Positions 18,356 to 26,784 of a DNA stretch of 64,000 bases are shown in pieces. A program made the translations under genes and the position numbers. Under the pieces are notes generated by a model. It was given only the letters and a program-made list of their open reading frames with translations. It did not search any database and had not been told where the DNA came from. This DNA is from a virus, in the IMG/VR virus record IMGVR_UViG_3300021962_000035, positions 1-64,000 of that record; one strand, written 5' to 3'. How positions within the stretch are numbered: the first letter of the stretch is position 1; each line of letters begins with the position of its first letter.

Positions 18356-19444
18356 ATGGATAATAATATTTCACCAGAGGAAATACTTAGAAGAAAAGAA
18401 ATAGCAGGGGGATTAGTATATGATGATCCTGTTAGGGAACCAGTTACACAAAGAGAGCCCGAAAATCCTGTTACTCCTCCAGAAACTAAATTCGAGCAAC
18501 CCGTAATAAGGGAGGTAAGAGAAGTAAGGGAAGTAAGAGAAACTGCACCTCAGGATAAACCGATATCTTCCTTAGGTAAGTCACAGGCTTCTAGTAGACC
18601 GCTTTCTTTTGAAATGGGATGGAAAAATATTCCGGTTGACATCTTACCTTCCAAGGGAGACTTTTATCCTGAGGGCACAAAAATAGCCATACGAGCAGCG
18701 GAGGTTAGAGAGATAAGGCACTTCTCTACCATTGACGAAGATGATAAATTGGACATTGAAGAAAAACTAACTCATATAATTGATAGATGCTCTAGAATGG
18801 AGTTTCCTGGTGAAGGTGTGGTTTCTTATAAGGATCTTAAACAAGAAGACAGATTCTTTATAATTATGGCTATTCGAGATCTTACCTTTGTTAAGGGTGA
18901 GAATTCTATAATACTGAAACCACAAAAGACTTGTAAACAGACAATGGACTGCCCCTTTAATGATGGCATAGAATTAAGAACTGGTGCTTTGAGTTCGTAT
19001 GAGCTAGACGAACAGGTATCTAAATACTATAATCCAGAAACTAGAAGCTTTGTCTTTAACATAAAGAAAATAGAGAAGGTTATAGAACTATTTATACCTA
19101 GCATTGGAGTAACCCAGGAAATAACTTCTTTTGTGACTGAATGCTCCAGAAAGAAAGTTGAAATCGACGAGGGTTTTTTAGCCATAGCACCATTTCTCTT
19201 TAATGACTGGAGGGATCTAAGTTACGAAAAAATCCTCATGAAAATGAGGGAAAGTGATTACTGGACCAAAGAAGAATTTAGCTTATATTTTGAACTTTCA
19301 GAAAGAATCAAAATGGGCACAATGTTAGACGCTAAACAAAAATGCCCAGTTTGCGGTGATGAGGAGGTCACCGCGAAGATCACCTTTCCCAACGGGATCA
19401 GATCTCTTTTCCTTATTTCAGATATCTTTAGAGAACTTCTTTGA
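18356..19444 (+). CDS. Baseplate hub / tail assembly chaperone (T4 gp26/gp51-like)
   Basis: LPSKGDFYP, EVREIRHFS, CPF and CPVCG motifs; lies between the tubes and the tape-measure-like gene. Confidence 0.7.
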   Translation: MDNNISPEEILRRKEIAGGLVYDDPVREPVTQREPENPVTPPETKFEQPVIREVREVREVRETAPQDKPISSLGKSQASSRPLSFEMGWKNIPVDILPSKGDFYPEGTKIAIRAAEVREIRHFSTIDEDDKLDIEEKLTHIIDRCSRMEFPGEGVVSYKDLKQEDRFFIIMAIRDLTFVKGENSIILKPQKTCKQTMDCPFNDGIELRTGALSSYELDEQVSKYYNPETRSFVFNIKKIEKVIELFIPSIGVTQEITSFVTECSRKKVEIDEGFLAIAPFLFNDWRDLSYEKILMKMRESDYWTKEEFSLYFELSERIKMGTMLDAKQKCPVCGDEEVTAKITFPNGIRSLFLISDIFRELL

Positions 19445-19616
19445 TATTAAGTTTAGATTGTGGAAGGAACACGGTCTAGATCCGGAGTGGATAGAAAGTA
19501 TACCCTTCTATGAATATCAAATCTGGATCGATAAACTTAACGAGGTCATAGAACAGGATAATGCTCAGGCTAAAGCAGAGGGAGGAATTAAAGAGGTGTT
19601 TAGTTTCAGTAAGTAA
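19356..19616 (+). CDS. Small gp51-like tail chaperone C-terminal ORF, probably reached by frameshift
   Basis: SLENFFDIKFRLWKEHGLDPEWIESIPFYEYQIWI resembles the T4-like small hub-assembly ORF; the ATG at 19356 yields an implausible overlapping N-terminus. Confidence 0.6.
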   Translation: MMRRSPRRSPFPTGSDLFSLFQISLENFFDIKFRLWKEHGLDPEWIESIPFYEYQIWIDKLNEVIEQDNAQAKAEGGIKEVFSFSK

Positions 19617-19652
19617 TCTTATTGAAATATATAGACATAATATCCAAACTAA

Positions 19653-21347
19653 ATGGCAGATCCTAATCAGAAATTATTTTCACAAATAGCGGATTTGGGT
19701 AGGAATATCAATTCACTATCCGAGTCTATTAAGAAAAATACATCCGCTACGGAGTCTCTTTTTTCTGCAACAGAGAAATCTGATAAAAAAGAAAAAGAAT
19801 CAGCTACGGCCCCTAATAAGGGTGCTACGGCTAATCCTAAGGAAGGGGAGAAGAACGAAGGTGCAATAAAGGACCTAACCAAAGTTATAAGTAAGCTTCT
19901 AGGAGAGGGTGGACCTCTAATGAGTAAAATAGCAGGGATATCAAAGAACTCTGGTGGTGATGGATCAAACAAAGATTTTACTAATATTGCAGGTGGATTA
20001 AAAGGAATAATTAAGGCATTTCAGGAAGGCGGGGTTGCTCAGAAAGAAGGAAAATACCTGGTTGGCGAGAACGGACCGGAGGTGGTTAAGCTTCCTAAAG
20101 GTGCAGGTGTTATACCAATTAATATTAAGGACTTAATGGAGGGGCTAAAAAAAGTTCCAGAGTTCAGTTCCATTTTGAAAAACAGCAAGAATGATAGTTT
20201 AGATTTTTTCGGTAATTCGGGTAATCCTGGATTAATAGATTCCGATGGAATGATTATGAATCTGAGAAGACTGTCAGACAAATACTCAAAGCTAGGGGAT
20301 GATGCTAAGGACGATGAGACTAGAAAATCTATGGATTCCATGATGGAAACTATTGATTCTCTAATGGAAGCGGGTAGAGATGGAATCGATGAAGAAGTTT
20401 CTAAGATAGATGCTGAGTCTGCAACTCTTGCTAATAAAAATAAATTGAGCGGAGAAGACTTACAAAAAAGAGATAAACTGTGGGACGAGATATTAAAGAA
20501 CGTAACTAAGGATAATGATTACTATAACATACTGACAATATCTAAAGCTAAACTTCTAGCAACCCAATCGCTAACAAAAGGCGAGGCAAAAAAACCAGAG
20601 GAATCTGTTTCTGAAGTTAAACAGCAAGCGGAGGATCTTAAAAAATCAGAGGAAGTTGTAAATCCTACCGAAGTAAAGAAAGAAAAGAAGGGACTATTCT
20701 CAAAATCGAAGAAGGAGAAACAGCCGGAGAAGGTTGAAAGCTTAGAAAGCTTAGCAGCCAAAGAACCTATTTTTGGTAATAAAACGGAGGAGGTGAATAA
20801 TGATAATTCTAAGCAGGAGAATAAAAAGCCATCTTTGCTTTCCAAAGTGGGAAAGAGTGCAGAGGGAGCTTTATTTTCAGCAGCTGGTGCGGCTACTGAT
20901 AAACTTGGTATTGCTAGTCCTCTGGCTAAGAAAGGGCTTGGAGCTCTTAAAAAGTCAATAGGCAATAAAGGGAAAGAGAGTGAACCTAAATCTGCTGAGA
21001 ATAAAACGGAGCTTTCTAAAGGGACCGCTAAAACCCCTTCATTGGTTAGCGATGTTAAAAAGCTTGCACCGACTGCTAAAAATGAATCCAAGGCTGAAAG
21101 TAAGGAAGCACCGGAGAGTAAATCTTCTCCGAAGGCTACCAGCTCCGAATCTACACCCAAGGAAACACCTAAATCTGAATCTTCTAAAAAATCTGAATCA
21201 AAGGGAGAAAGCACTTCCGAACTCGGAACTTCTAAGGATGTTCAGGATATAAAGAATGCCCTCACTAGGATAGCTTCTATACTAGAAGGCACATTAACCG
21301 TTTCCCCCATAGAATCTCCATTTAGACCTGATTCTAGAAGGATCTAA
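19653..21347 (+). CDS. Tape-measure-like / baseplate hub protein, K/E/S-rich
   Basis: FQEGGV...YLVGENGPEVVKLP motif typical of tape measure proteins; follows the chaperone genes. Confidence 0.55.
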   Translation: MADPNQKLFSQIADLGRNINSLSESIKKNTSATESLFSATEKSDKKEKESATAPNKGATANPKEGEKNEGAIKDLTKVISKLLGEGGPLMSKIAGISKNSGGDGSNKDFTNIAGGLKGIIKAFQEGGVAQKEGKYLVGENGPEVVKLPKGAGVIPINIKDLMEGLKKVPEFSSILKNSKNDSLDFFGNSGNPGLIDSDGMIMNLRRLSDKYSKLGDDAKDDETRKSMDSMMETIDSLMEAGRDGIDEEVSKIDAESATLANKNKLSGEDLQKRDKLWDEILKNVTKDNDYYNILTISKAKLLATQSLTKGEAKKPEESVSEVKQQAEDLKKSEEVVNPTEVKKEKKGLFSKSKKEKQPEKVESLESLAAKEPIFGNKTEEVNNDNSKQENKKPSLLSKVGKSAEGALFSAAGAATDKLGIASPLAKKGLGALKKSIGNKGKESEPKSAENKTELSKGTAKTPSLVSDVKKLAPTAKNESKAESKEAPESKSSPKATSSESTPKETPKSESSKKSESKGESTSELGTSKDVQDIKNALTRIASILEGTLTVSPIESPFRPDSRRI

Positions 21348-21388
21348 AAATTTATCAAAAAATATTTTTTTTCCTCGATTCTATTTCT

Positions 21389-21396
21389 TATGTTTG
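21389..21396 (+). promoter_or_regulatory. Bacteroidota-type -7 element TAnnTTTG (TATGTTTG)
   Basis: Upstream of the dCMP deaminase-sigma operon, preceded by a T-tract. Confidence 0.7.
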
Positions 21397-21412
21397 TAGA
21401 AATTATAAACTA

Positions 21413-22018
21413 ATGGAGTTATCTACCCTATTGAATTATTCGGGCCGAGAAATTGTTTCCTCTGATTTTGATTTTTTAAATCCTGATTTTTTAAACATCA
21501 ATAACTGGAGCGTCAAAAAAACTGGAAGCTCGTTTGACATATCGTGGGATCACTCCGATATCATGAAGGAAAGTCCTTTGTATTGGGAAAATTCAAAGGC
21601 AATGAAAAACGACTTTATCTACTTACAGATGGCTAAAACCTGGGGAAAAAACTCGCATTGTAAAAGAATGCAGGTTGGATGCCTAATGGTAAAAGGCAAA
21701 TCGATAATCTCCGACGGTTATAATGGTTCTCCAACGGGATTTCCCAATATCTGCGAGGATGAAAATATGGTGACACTTCCGTATGTTCTCCATGCTGAAG
21801 CAAATGCGATAACCAAACTAGCAAAAAGTACACAGAGCTCAGATGGCTCTACTTTATACGTTACATTATCCCCGTGTTTTGAATGCTCAAAACTGATCAT
21901 ACAATCCGGGATAAAAAGAGTAGTTTTTTCGGGTGTTTACAGAAAACCTGAATCCCTTCCTTTTCTGATAGAGGCTGGGATTGAATTATACAGAATTAAC
22001 CAATTTGACCAAATTTAA
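21413..22018 (+). CDS. dCMP deaminase
   Basis: SHCKRMQVGC, GYNGSP, HAEANAI and LSPCFECSK zinc motifs. Confidence 0.95.
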   Translation: MELSTLLNYSGREIVSSDFDFLNPDFLNINNWSVKKTGSSFDISWDHSDIMKESPLYWENSKAMKNDFIYLQMAKTWGKNSHCKRMQVGCLMVKGKSIISDGYNGSPTGFPNICEDENMVTLPYVLHAEANAITKLAKSTQSSDGSTLYVTLSPCFECSKLIIQSGIKRVVFSGVYRKPESLPFLIEAGIELYRINQFDQI

Positions 22019-22021
22019 CAA

Positions 22022-22627
22022 ATGCAAAAAGAGACCAACATCCAAAAACTAGCAGAAGACTTTATTCTAACAAAAACAGACAAATCATTCGGAGACTTAT
22101 TTAATCGTTTAAAACCTGGTGTATCCAACCATTGTTTTCTGATTCTGAAAGATCCTGAACTAGCGGAAGACGCATTTCTTAACACCATGTCTAAGATATG
22201 GCTTAAGATAGATCAGTACGATATGGAAAGGGGTAACTTTTCCACATGGTGCTATAACATAGCCAGAAACGAATCCCTGCTTTTAATGAAGTCTAGAAAA
22301 AGACTGATCAATCACGAGGATCTTGATTTAGAGTATCTTTCGTCCAAAAATACCATAGGTGATCTGGGAGGGTTTTATACCATTGAAGACGATCCGGCTT
22401 ACGGATTTTTTAGTGAAGAAAATACAATTGACTCTGTATACGAATCGGTGCTAGACGAGATTAGATCATTACCTGAAACTTACCGTGATATCATGATAGA
22501 TCGGGAAATCAATGGTATGAAGTACAAGGATATTGCCGAAAAGTACGGAATTAAGAAAAGATCAATCGCAACAAGGATTAGAAGAGCTAGAGGGAGAATC
22601 AGAAAAAAGATGGACGGGAAACATTAA
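22022..22627 (+). CDS. Sigma-70 family (ECF-like) RNA polymerase sigma factor
   Basis: AEDAFLNT...KIDQYD...NFSTWCYNIARN (region 2); LPETYRDI...GMKYKDIAE...RIRRAR (region 4.2). Confidence 0.92.
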   Translation: MQKETNIQKLAEDFILTKTDKSFGDLFNRLKPGVSNHCFLILKDPELAEDAFLNTMSKIWLKIDQYDMERGNFSTWCYNIARNESLLLMKSRKRLINHEDLDLEYLSSKNTIGDLGGFYTIEDDPAYGFFSEENTIDSVYESVLDEIRSLPETYRDIMIDREINGMKYKDIAEKYGIKKRSIATRIRRARGRIRKKMDGKH

Positions 22628-22645
22628 CCAGAAATCTAGGTATAA
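22618..22645 (+). promoter_or_regulatory. Middle/ECF-type promoter GAAAC-N17-GTATAA
   Basis: Upstream of ORF 22661. Confidence 0.6.
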
Positions 22646-22660
22646 AAAATAAAGAATAAT

Positions 22661-23107
22661 ATGTGGTTAGCTATATTAAAATTTTTCAAGGTTTGGAAGG
22701 ATATTAAAATATATCGTGATTACCTTAAAATAGTGGAGAACGAATCTAAGAACTCCCCACTATGGGCTAGAAAAAATCTAAGAGCAGATTGGTTCGGTAG
22801 GATTTATACTGTCGTAAATCTTCCCCCTGAAGTTATCTTTTCTGCGGACCTTCCTAAAGAGTCTAGACCTTCGTTTGTGATGAACGAGCTCAAATCAACA
22901 AATGAGTACCTGAAGTCTCTTAATTTGGAAGAGATAATAACTCTAGGCATAGAACCGGTAAAAGGAACCAACGAGGAATCTTATCTTGTGGTTTATCAAT
23001 ACGTTTTCAGAGAATTAAGCTGGATTTGGATATTCCGATTCATCTTAGAAATAGGCTTAATTATATTCGCTATAGTTAATAGAAGTTACCTAATTAATTT
23101 GTTTTAA
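22661..23107 (+). CDS. Hypothetical protein with C-terminal transmembrane helix
   Basis: Clean ORF; hydrophobic C-terminus WIWIFRFILEIGLIIFAIV. Confidence 0.7.
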   Translation: MWLAILKFFKVWKDIKIYRDYLKIVENESKNSPLWARKNLRADWFGRIYTVVNLPPEVIFSADLPKESRPSFVMNELKSTNEYLKSLNLEEIITLGIEPVKGTNEESYLVVYQYVFRELSWIWIFRFILEIGLIIFAIVNRSYLINLF

Positions 23108-23913
23108 TGGATCCTAGACTGATAAGTGCTAAGAAAGAGATAGAGAAGAAGCTCGAGGTATTCAATGACAGGAATTTCTCATTCGACGAACCCTCCCATG
23201 TATATAGATACAATTCGGCTAAGTTCGATTCGGTAACAACTTTCCTTAAAACATTTAAAGTTCCCTTTGACCGTGAATATTGGTCCAAAAGGAAAGCTGA
23301 AGAAAGGGGCGTGGACGTTTCGGTTGTTCTGAATGAGTGGCAGGGAAAGGCCGATGTAGCTAATAGTTTAGGTACTAAAGTACATAAGTGGATAGAAGAT
23401 TTCTGGAGTGGAAATGCACCGGCAGTTCCAGAGGACGAAGTTCTGAGAGAAAGAGTCGATAAATTTATGGAGATCTATGATAAGAGGTTAAGTGTATTGC
23501 TTCCCCTTAAATCGGAGCTAAAGATATTTTCAAGAAAATGGAGATTGGCGGGAACGATAGATCAGCCATTTCTTTTCTGGGCCGATGATCTAGACATGCC
23601 ATTTCTTATAATAGGCGACTGGAAGACTAATGGCGATTTTAAACACGATGATCACCCTAAGGGAAGATATAAAAAATTGCTTAGGCCATTCTCACATCTT
23701 TATGAAAATAGCCACAACGAGTATTCTATACAGATTTCACTATACAGATTAATCTTAGAGGAGGAAGCTAACATACAAACCCACGATGGATTTTTATGTC
23801 ACTTGGGTCCAGAAGGTCCAGCTAAGCTGTATAGGACGAAAGATTTGCGTGAGCCGTTAAGAGCATATCTAAATGACAATAGAGCAGATTTCGATATTTT
23901 TTCTATAGATTAG
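23107..23913 (+). CDS. PD-(D/E)XK (RecB/Cas4-like) exonuclease
   Basis: SVTT, GTKVH, SELKIF...LAGTID...IIGDWKT and YSIQISLY motifs. Confidence 0.85.
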   Translation: MDPRLISAKKEIEKKLEVFNDRNFSFDEPSHVYRYNSAKFDSVTTFLKTFKVPFDREYWSKRKAEERGVDVSVVLNEWQGKADVANSLGTKVHKWIEDFWSGNAPAVPEDEVLRERVDKFMEIYDKRLSVLLPLKSELKIFSRKWRLAGTIDQPFLFWADDLDMPFLIIGDWKTNGDFKHDDHPKGRYKKLLRPFSHLYENSHNEYSIQISLYRLILEEEANIQTHDGFLCHLGPEGPAKLYRTKDLREPLRAYLNDNRADFDIFSID

Positions 23914-23940
23914 AAACATTTCGAGAAAGGGTAACTAAAA
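23913..23940 (+). promoter_or_regulatory. Middle/ECF-type promoter GAAAC-N17-CTAAAA
   Basis: Upstream of ORF 23962. Confidence 0.55.
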
Positions 23941-23961
23941 AAAATAAATATAAAAAATAAT

Positions 23962-24492
23962 ATGGCAAAGAAAAATTCCGAAAAAATTTCACTAGATCTA
24001 CAAAGTGGTCCTGGAGCATCATCAGCTATCGACTTTGATACATTGAACCAAGAGTCAGGTCTTTCTATAGATAAGGATCTTGTTGATTCTTTAGAAATCC
24101 AGATCAAAGCTAAGAAGGATGAAATCCAAACTAAGGTTTATGCGGTTTCTCTTAATGATGAGCTTTTAAATAGCTACGAGTACTTCATGGTTAACGAAGC
24201 TGAATGGAATGCTACAGAAGCTTTGGGTGTGAAAGAAGTTAATAAGCAGATTCAAAAAATCAAAAAAGAAGGAGTTAAAAGTGGTGTTGTTTATATGCCA
24301 GCTTTACCCCTTGAAGCAAGTCACTACTTTATCTCTAAAGGTAAAGGTAAAGGCTTAGCTAGCGCTGAGACTTTTATTAGCTTATATAAGCCTTTCGACC
24401 AAGCATTAGGAGATGCTAAGAAAGACGTTGCAGAGATCAAAGATCTTGAAAAACAGCTAGCAGCTGCTATGCAGGGGGTTTCACTAGGCTAA
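23962..24492 (+). CDS. Hypothetical protein
   Basis: ORF with its own promoter-like element upstream and a terminator downstream. Confidence 0.75.
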   Translation: MAKKNSEKISLDLQSGPGASSAIDFDTLNQESGLSIDKDLVDSLEIQIKAKKDEIQTKVYAVSLNDELLNSYEYFMVNEAEWNATEALGVKEVNKQIQKIKKEGVKSGVVYMPALPLEASHYFISKGKGKGLASAETFISLYKPFDQALGDAKKDVAEIKDLEKQLAAAMQGVSLG

Positions 24493-24512
24493 AAATATAA
24501 CATACCATAAAT

Positions 24513-24547
24513 AAAACCGGGTTCCTTGAAAGAATCCGGTTTTTTTG
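24513..24547 (+). terminator. Rho-independent terminator
   Basis: ACCGGGTTC...GAATCCGGT stem plus T-run. Confidence 0.8.
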
Positions 24548-24562
24548 TTGAGTTTGATTGTG

Positions 24563-24570
24563 GATATATA
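24563..24570 (+). promoter_or_regulatory. Late promoter GATATATA
   Basis: After a terminator, upstream of the membrane-protein operon. Confidence 0.75.
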
Positions 24571-24593
24571 AAGAAACTAAAAAAAACAGCTAT

Positions 24594-24893
24594 ATGAAAA
24601 CATTAGAAAAAATCAAAGAATATTCTTGGGCAATAACCCTAGTTCTAGTCCTTATGATTCTATTAAGACAATGTGGTGTTAACAGAGATATAGACAGAAT
24701 GGAGAAGCAGTCCAAAATACAAAGCGCTTACATAGATTCTATTTGCACAAAGAAAGAAGTTCAGAAGATTATGGAAATAGAGGGATTAAAAGCAGAAAAA
24801 AGAATGATCCAATCCACTGACAGAAAAATTATGGACGTTAACCGTCAGTCACAGATTGATCTAGAGATTAAAAAATTAGAAAATTCTAAATAA
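24594..24893 (+). CDS. Single-TM coiled-coil membrane protein (possible i-spanin-like)
   Basis: Start moved to ATG 24594, downstream of the late promoter; N-terminal TM YSWAITLVLVLMILL followed by a coiled coil. Confidence 0.55.
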   Translation: MKTLEKIKEYSWAITLVLVLMILLRQCGVNRDIDRMEKQSKIQSAYIDSICTKKEVQKIMEIEGLKAEKRMIQSTDRKIMDVNRQSQIDLEIKKLENSK

Positions 24894-25528
24894 TGGGAAA
24901 GAAAACGACGAGTTATTTTATAATAGGTACGTTCGTTACTCTATATTTGCTTGTTTCGGTAATTTCTACCATACACGTAATAGATTTCTTTAAGCTATCC
25001 AATCCAGATTGGTTAGCTATAAGTTTAGCTGTTGCTTTTGAGGTTGGTGCCGCAGCTTCCCTTGCTTCCCTTATAACTTTGGATAAGATGAATAAGGGCA
25101 TAGTTTGGGGTCTTTTTATAATATTGACACTCATGCAAGCTATGGGTAACACCTATTACGCATACACCCACCTGAGAGATTTTCAGGGATGGATAGAGTT
25201 ATTCGGCCTTACTGAAGAAGATTTAATCTATCAAAAGAGGGTTCTTTCTATAGTAAGTGGAGCAATCCTTCCGGTTGTTGCATTAGGGTTTATAAAATCC
25301 CTAGTAGATTACATTAAACCCACAGAGGAGGAATTAGTTACCGCAGAAGAAAAAGAAGAACCAGCTACGGAAGAAATCGTGGATACGGTAGAGGAGCAAA
25401 CCTCTCTTGATCCGATTATAGACTCAAACGTGGGTTCAGAGCCTTTACCTAGACCAGAAGCTATGGAGTCGATAAATACAGGAAGATATGAGACATCAGT
25501 TCATGTCGACCCAATGAAAATAAGCTAA
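24893..25528 (+). CDS. Multi-pass membrane protein with acidic tail (possible holin-like)
   Basis: About 4 hydrophobic helices, then an E-rich C-terminus; TAATG coupling to the upstream gene. Confidence 0.55.
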   Translation: MGKKTTSYFIIGTFVTLYLLVSVISTIHVIDFFKLSNPDWLAISLAVAFEVGAAASLASLITLDKMNKGIVWGLFIILTLMQAMGNTYYAYTHLRDFQGWIELFGLTEEDLIYQKRVLSIVSGAILPVVALGFIKSLVDYIKPTEEELVTAEEKEEPATEEIVDTVEEQTSLDPIIDSNVGSEPLPRPEAMESINTGRYETSVHVDPMKIS

Positions 25529-25534
25529 CAAGGA

Positions 25535-26209
25535 GTGTCAGACCAAAATACAACAACATATAATTTTGACGGGGGATCGGCACTTTCAAGTGGCCCTGAC
25601 TCTTTGTCAGCAGGATCAGCAGGATATGCTCTTAATCCGATGGCAGGGGCAACCGGTGGATTCGATACTGTCTATACCAATATAGCAATAACTAGAGCAA
25701 ATTTACCTAGAATAGATGCTACATTTAAAGAGTTTAACGAGAAGCCTGAACTTAAATTTATAAAGGAGTCTTTTGTTGTAACGCAGAAAGCCAACACCCT
25801 TGATTATCTTAATGTTGCTGACTTTTTTCATCCACTCCAAAGTTTTTCTGATTTCCAAAAGCAAACCTTTGAAATAGGTCCACAAAACAGTGTTAATATA
25901 GACACTGGGGGTTTAGAAGGAACCTCGGGAGAAGCATCGATGATAGTTGCTAGAGCTTACTATCTGCCTGAAGCGGATTCTGATGAAAGACTGCTTTTCT
26001 GGGACTATAAAAACGGCGGAAGAAATACAATGGGCAAACTAATGATCCTAACGGGTGCAGTTAAGGCAGGCACTAACTGGAGAGGATGGGATATGGATCC
26101 ATTTTCAACCTACGGACATACTGGACCGGCTGATGTGGGAGCGGGTGGTATTTCTTTCACCAATCCAACTAACAGGGTCGTAAAATTGACTATAATAACA
26201 GCTAATTAA
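25535..26209 (+). CDS. Hypothetical virion protein, paralog A
   Basis: Late operon; aligns by eye with the next ORF (WDY..MGKLMILTG..GW..GGISFTNP..VKLTII). Confidence 0.6.
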   Translation: MSDQNTTTYNFDGGSALSSGPDSLSAGSAGYALNPMAGATGGFDTVYTNIAITRANLPRIDATFKEFNEKPELKFIKESFVVTQKANTLDYLNVADFFHPLQSFSDFQKQTFEIGPQNSVNIDTGGLEGTSGEASMIVARAYYLPEADSDERLLFWDYKNGGRNTMGKLMILTGAVKAGTNWRGWDMDPFSTYGHTGPADVGAGGISFTNPTNRVVKLTIITAN

Positions 26210-26213
26210 TAAA

Positions 26214-26699
26214 ATGGCAACTAGACCGATAACATGTCCGTATGACGAAGGAACAGGATTCAGATTCTATAGAGGAAATTTAGTTCTTGACGAGGGCAAC
26301 ACCAATAAACTTCCGATATATCTTGAGATGGACGATCTTCTGGAGGAATCAGTTTCTTTCAGTAAGAGTAGGGTAATGCTAAAGGCAGGTAAGTGTTATT
26401 TGTTAAGTCAAACCGATATAGGGGACAACCTAGGGTATGTTTCTTTTATAGCAGTTAAGGCGGTTTACCCCTCAACCACAGTCGAGTCTAGAAAATATAT
26501 CCAGTGGACATATTTGAATGATACCTATTATATGGGGGAACTTACGGTACTCTCAGGCAAAAGCATATCGGCGAGCGACTCTATCTATGAAGGATGGCTA
26601 CTATCTAAACCCGGGGTATATTCAAATTTAGGAGGAATAGTTTTCTGTAACCCACACACAGATATAGACGTTAAATTAGAAATCTTAGTCTGCAAGTGA
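26214..26699 (+). CDS. Hypothetical virion protein, paralog B
   Basis: WTY..MGELTVLSG..GW..GGIVFCNP..VKLEIL. Confidence 0.6.
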   Translation: MATRPITCPYDEGTGFRFYRGNLVLDEGNTNKLPIYLEMDDLLEESVSFSKSRVMLKAGKCYLLSQTDIGDNLGYVSFIAVKAVYPSTTVESRKYIQWTYLNDTYYMGELTVLSGKSISASDSIYEGWLLSKPGVYSNLGGIVFCNPHTDIDVKLEILVCK

Positions 26700-26752
26700 T
26701 AAAATAGGGGCACAGATTAAATATATAGTAAAAAGTTTTTGTCCATAGCATG

Positions 26753-26760
26753 GATATATA
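26753..26760 (+). promoter_or_regulatory. Late promoter GATATATA
   Basis: Upstream of the 834-aa head protein gene. Confidence 0.75.
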
Positions 26761-26784
26761 AAAAGATTAAAAAAACAAAAGACC

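Noticed and set aside
19667-21214. Long antisense ORFs (up to 230 aa) over the tape-measure-like gene, and similar ones at 49259-51078
   Set aside because: S/L/F-rich mirror images of K/E-rich coding sequence, with no promoter or motif support.
23107-23913. Cas4-like nuclease as evidence of a CRISPR system
   Set aside because: No repeats or other cas genes; stand-alone PD-(D/E)XK nucleases are common in phages.
24700-24893. Embedded o-spanin lipoprotein gene
   Set aside because: No alternative-frame ORF with a convincing signal peptide and lipobox was seen.
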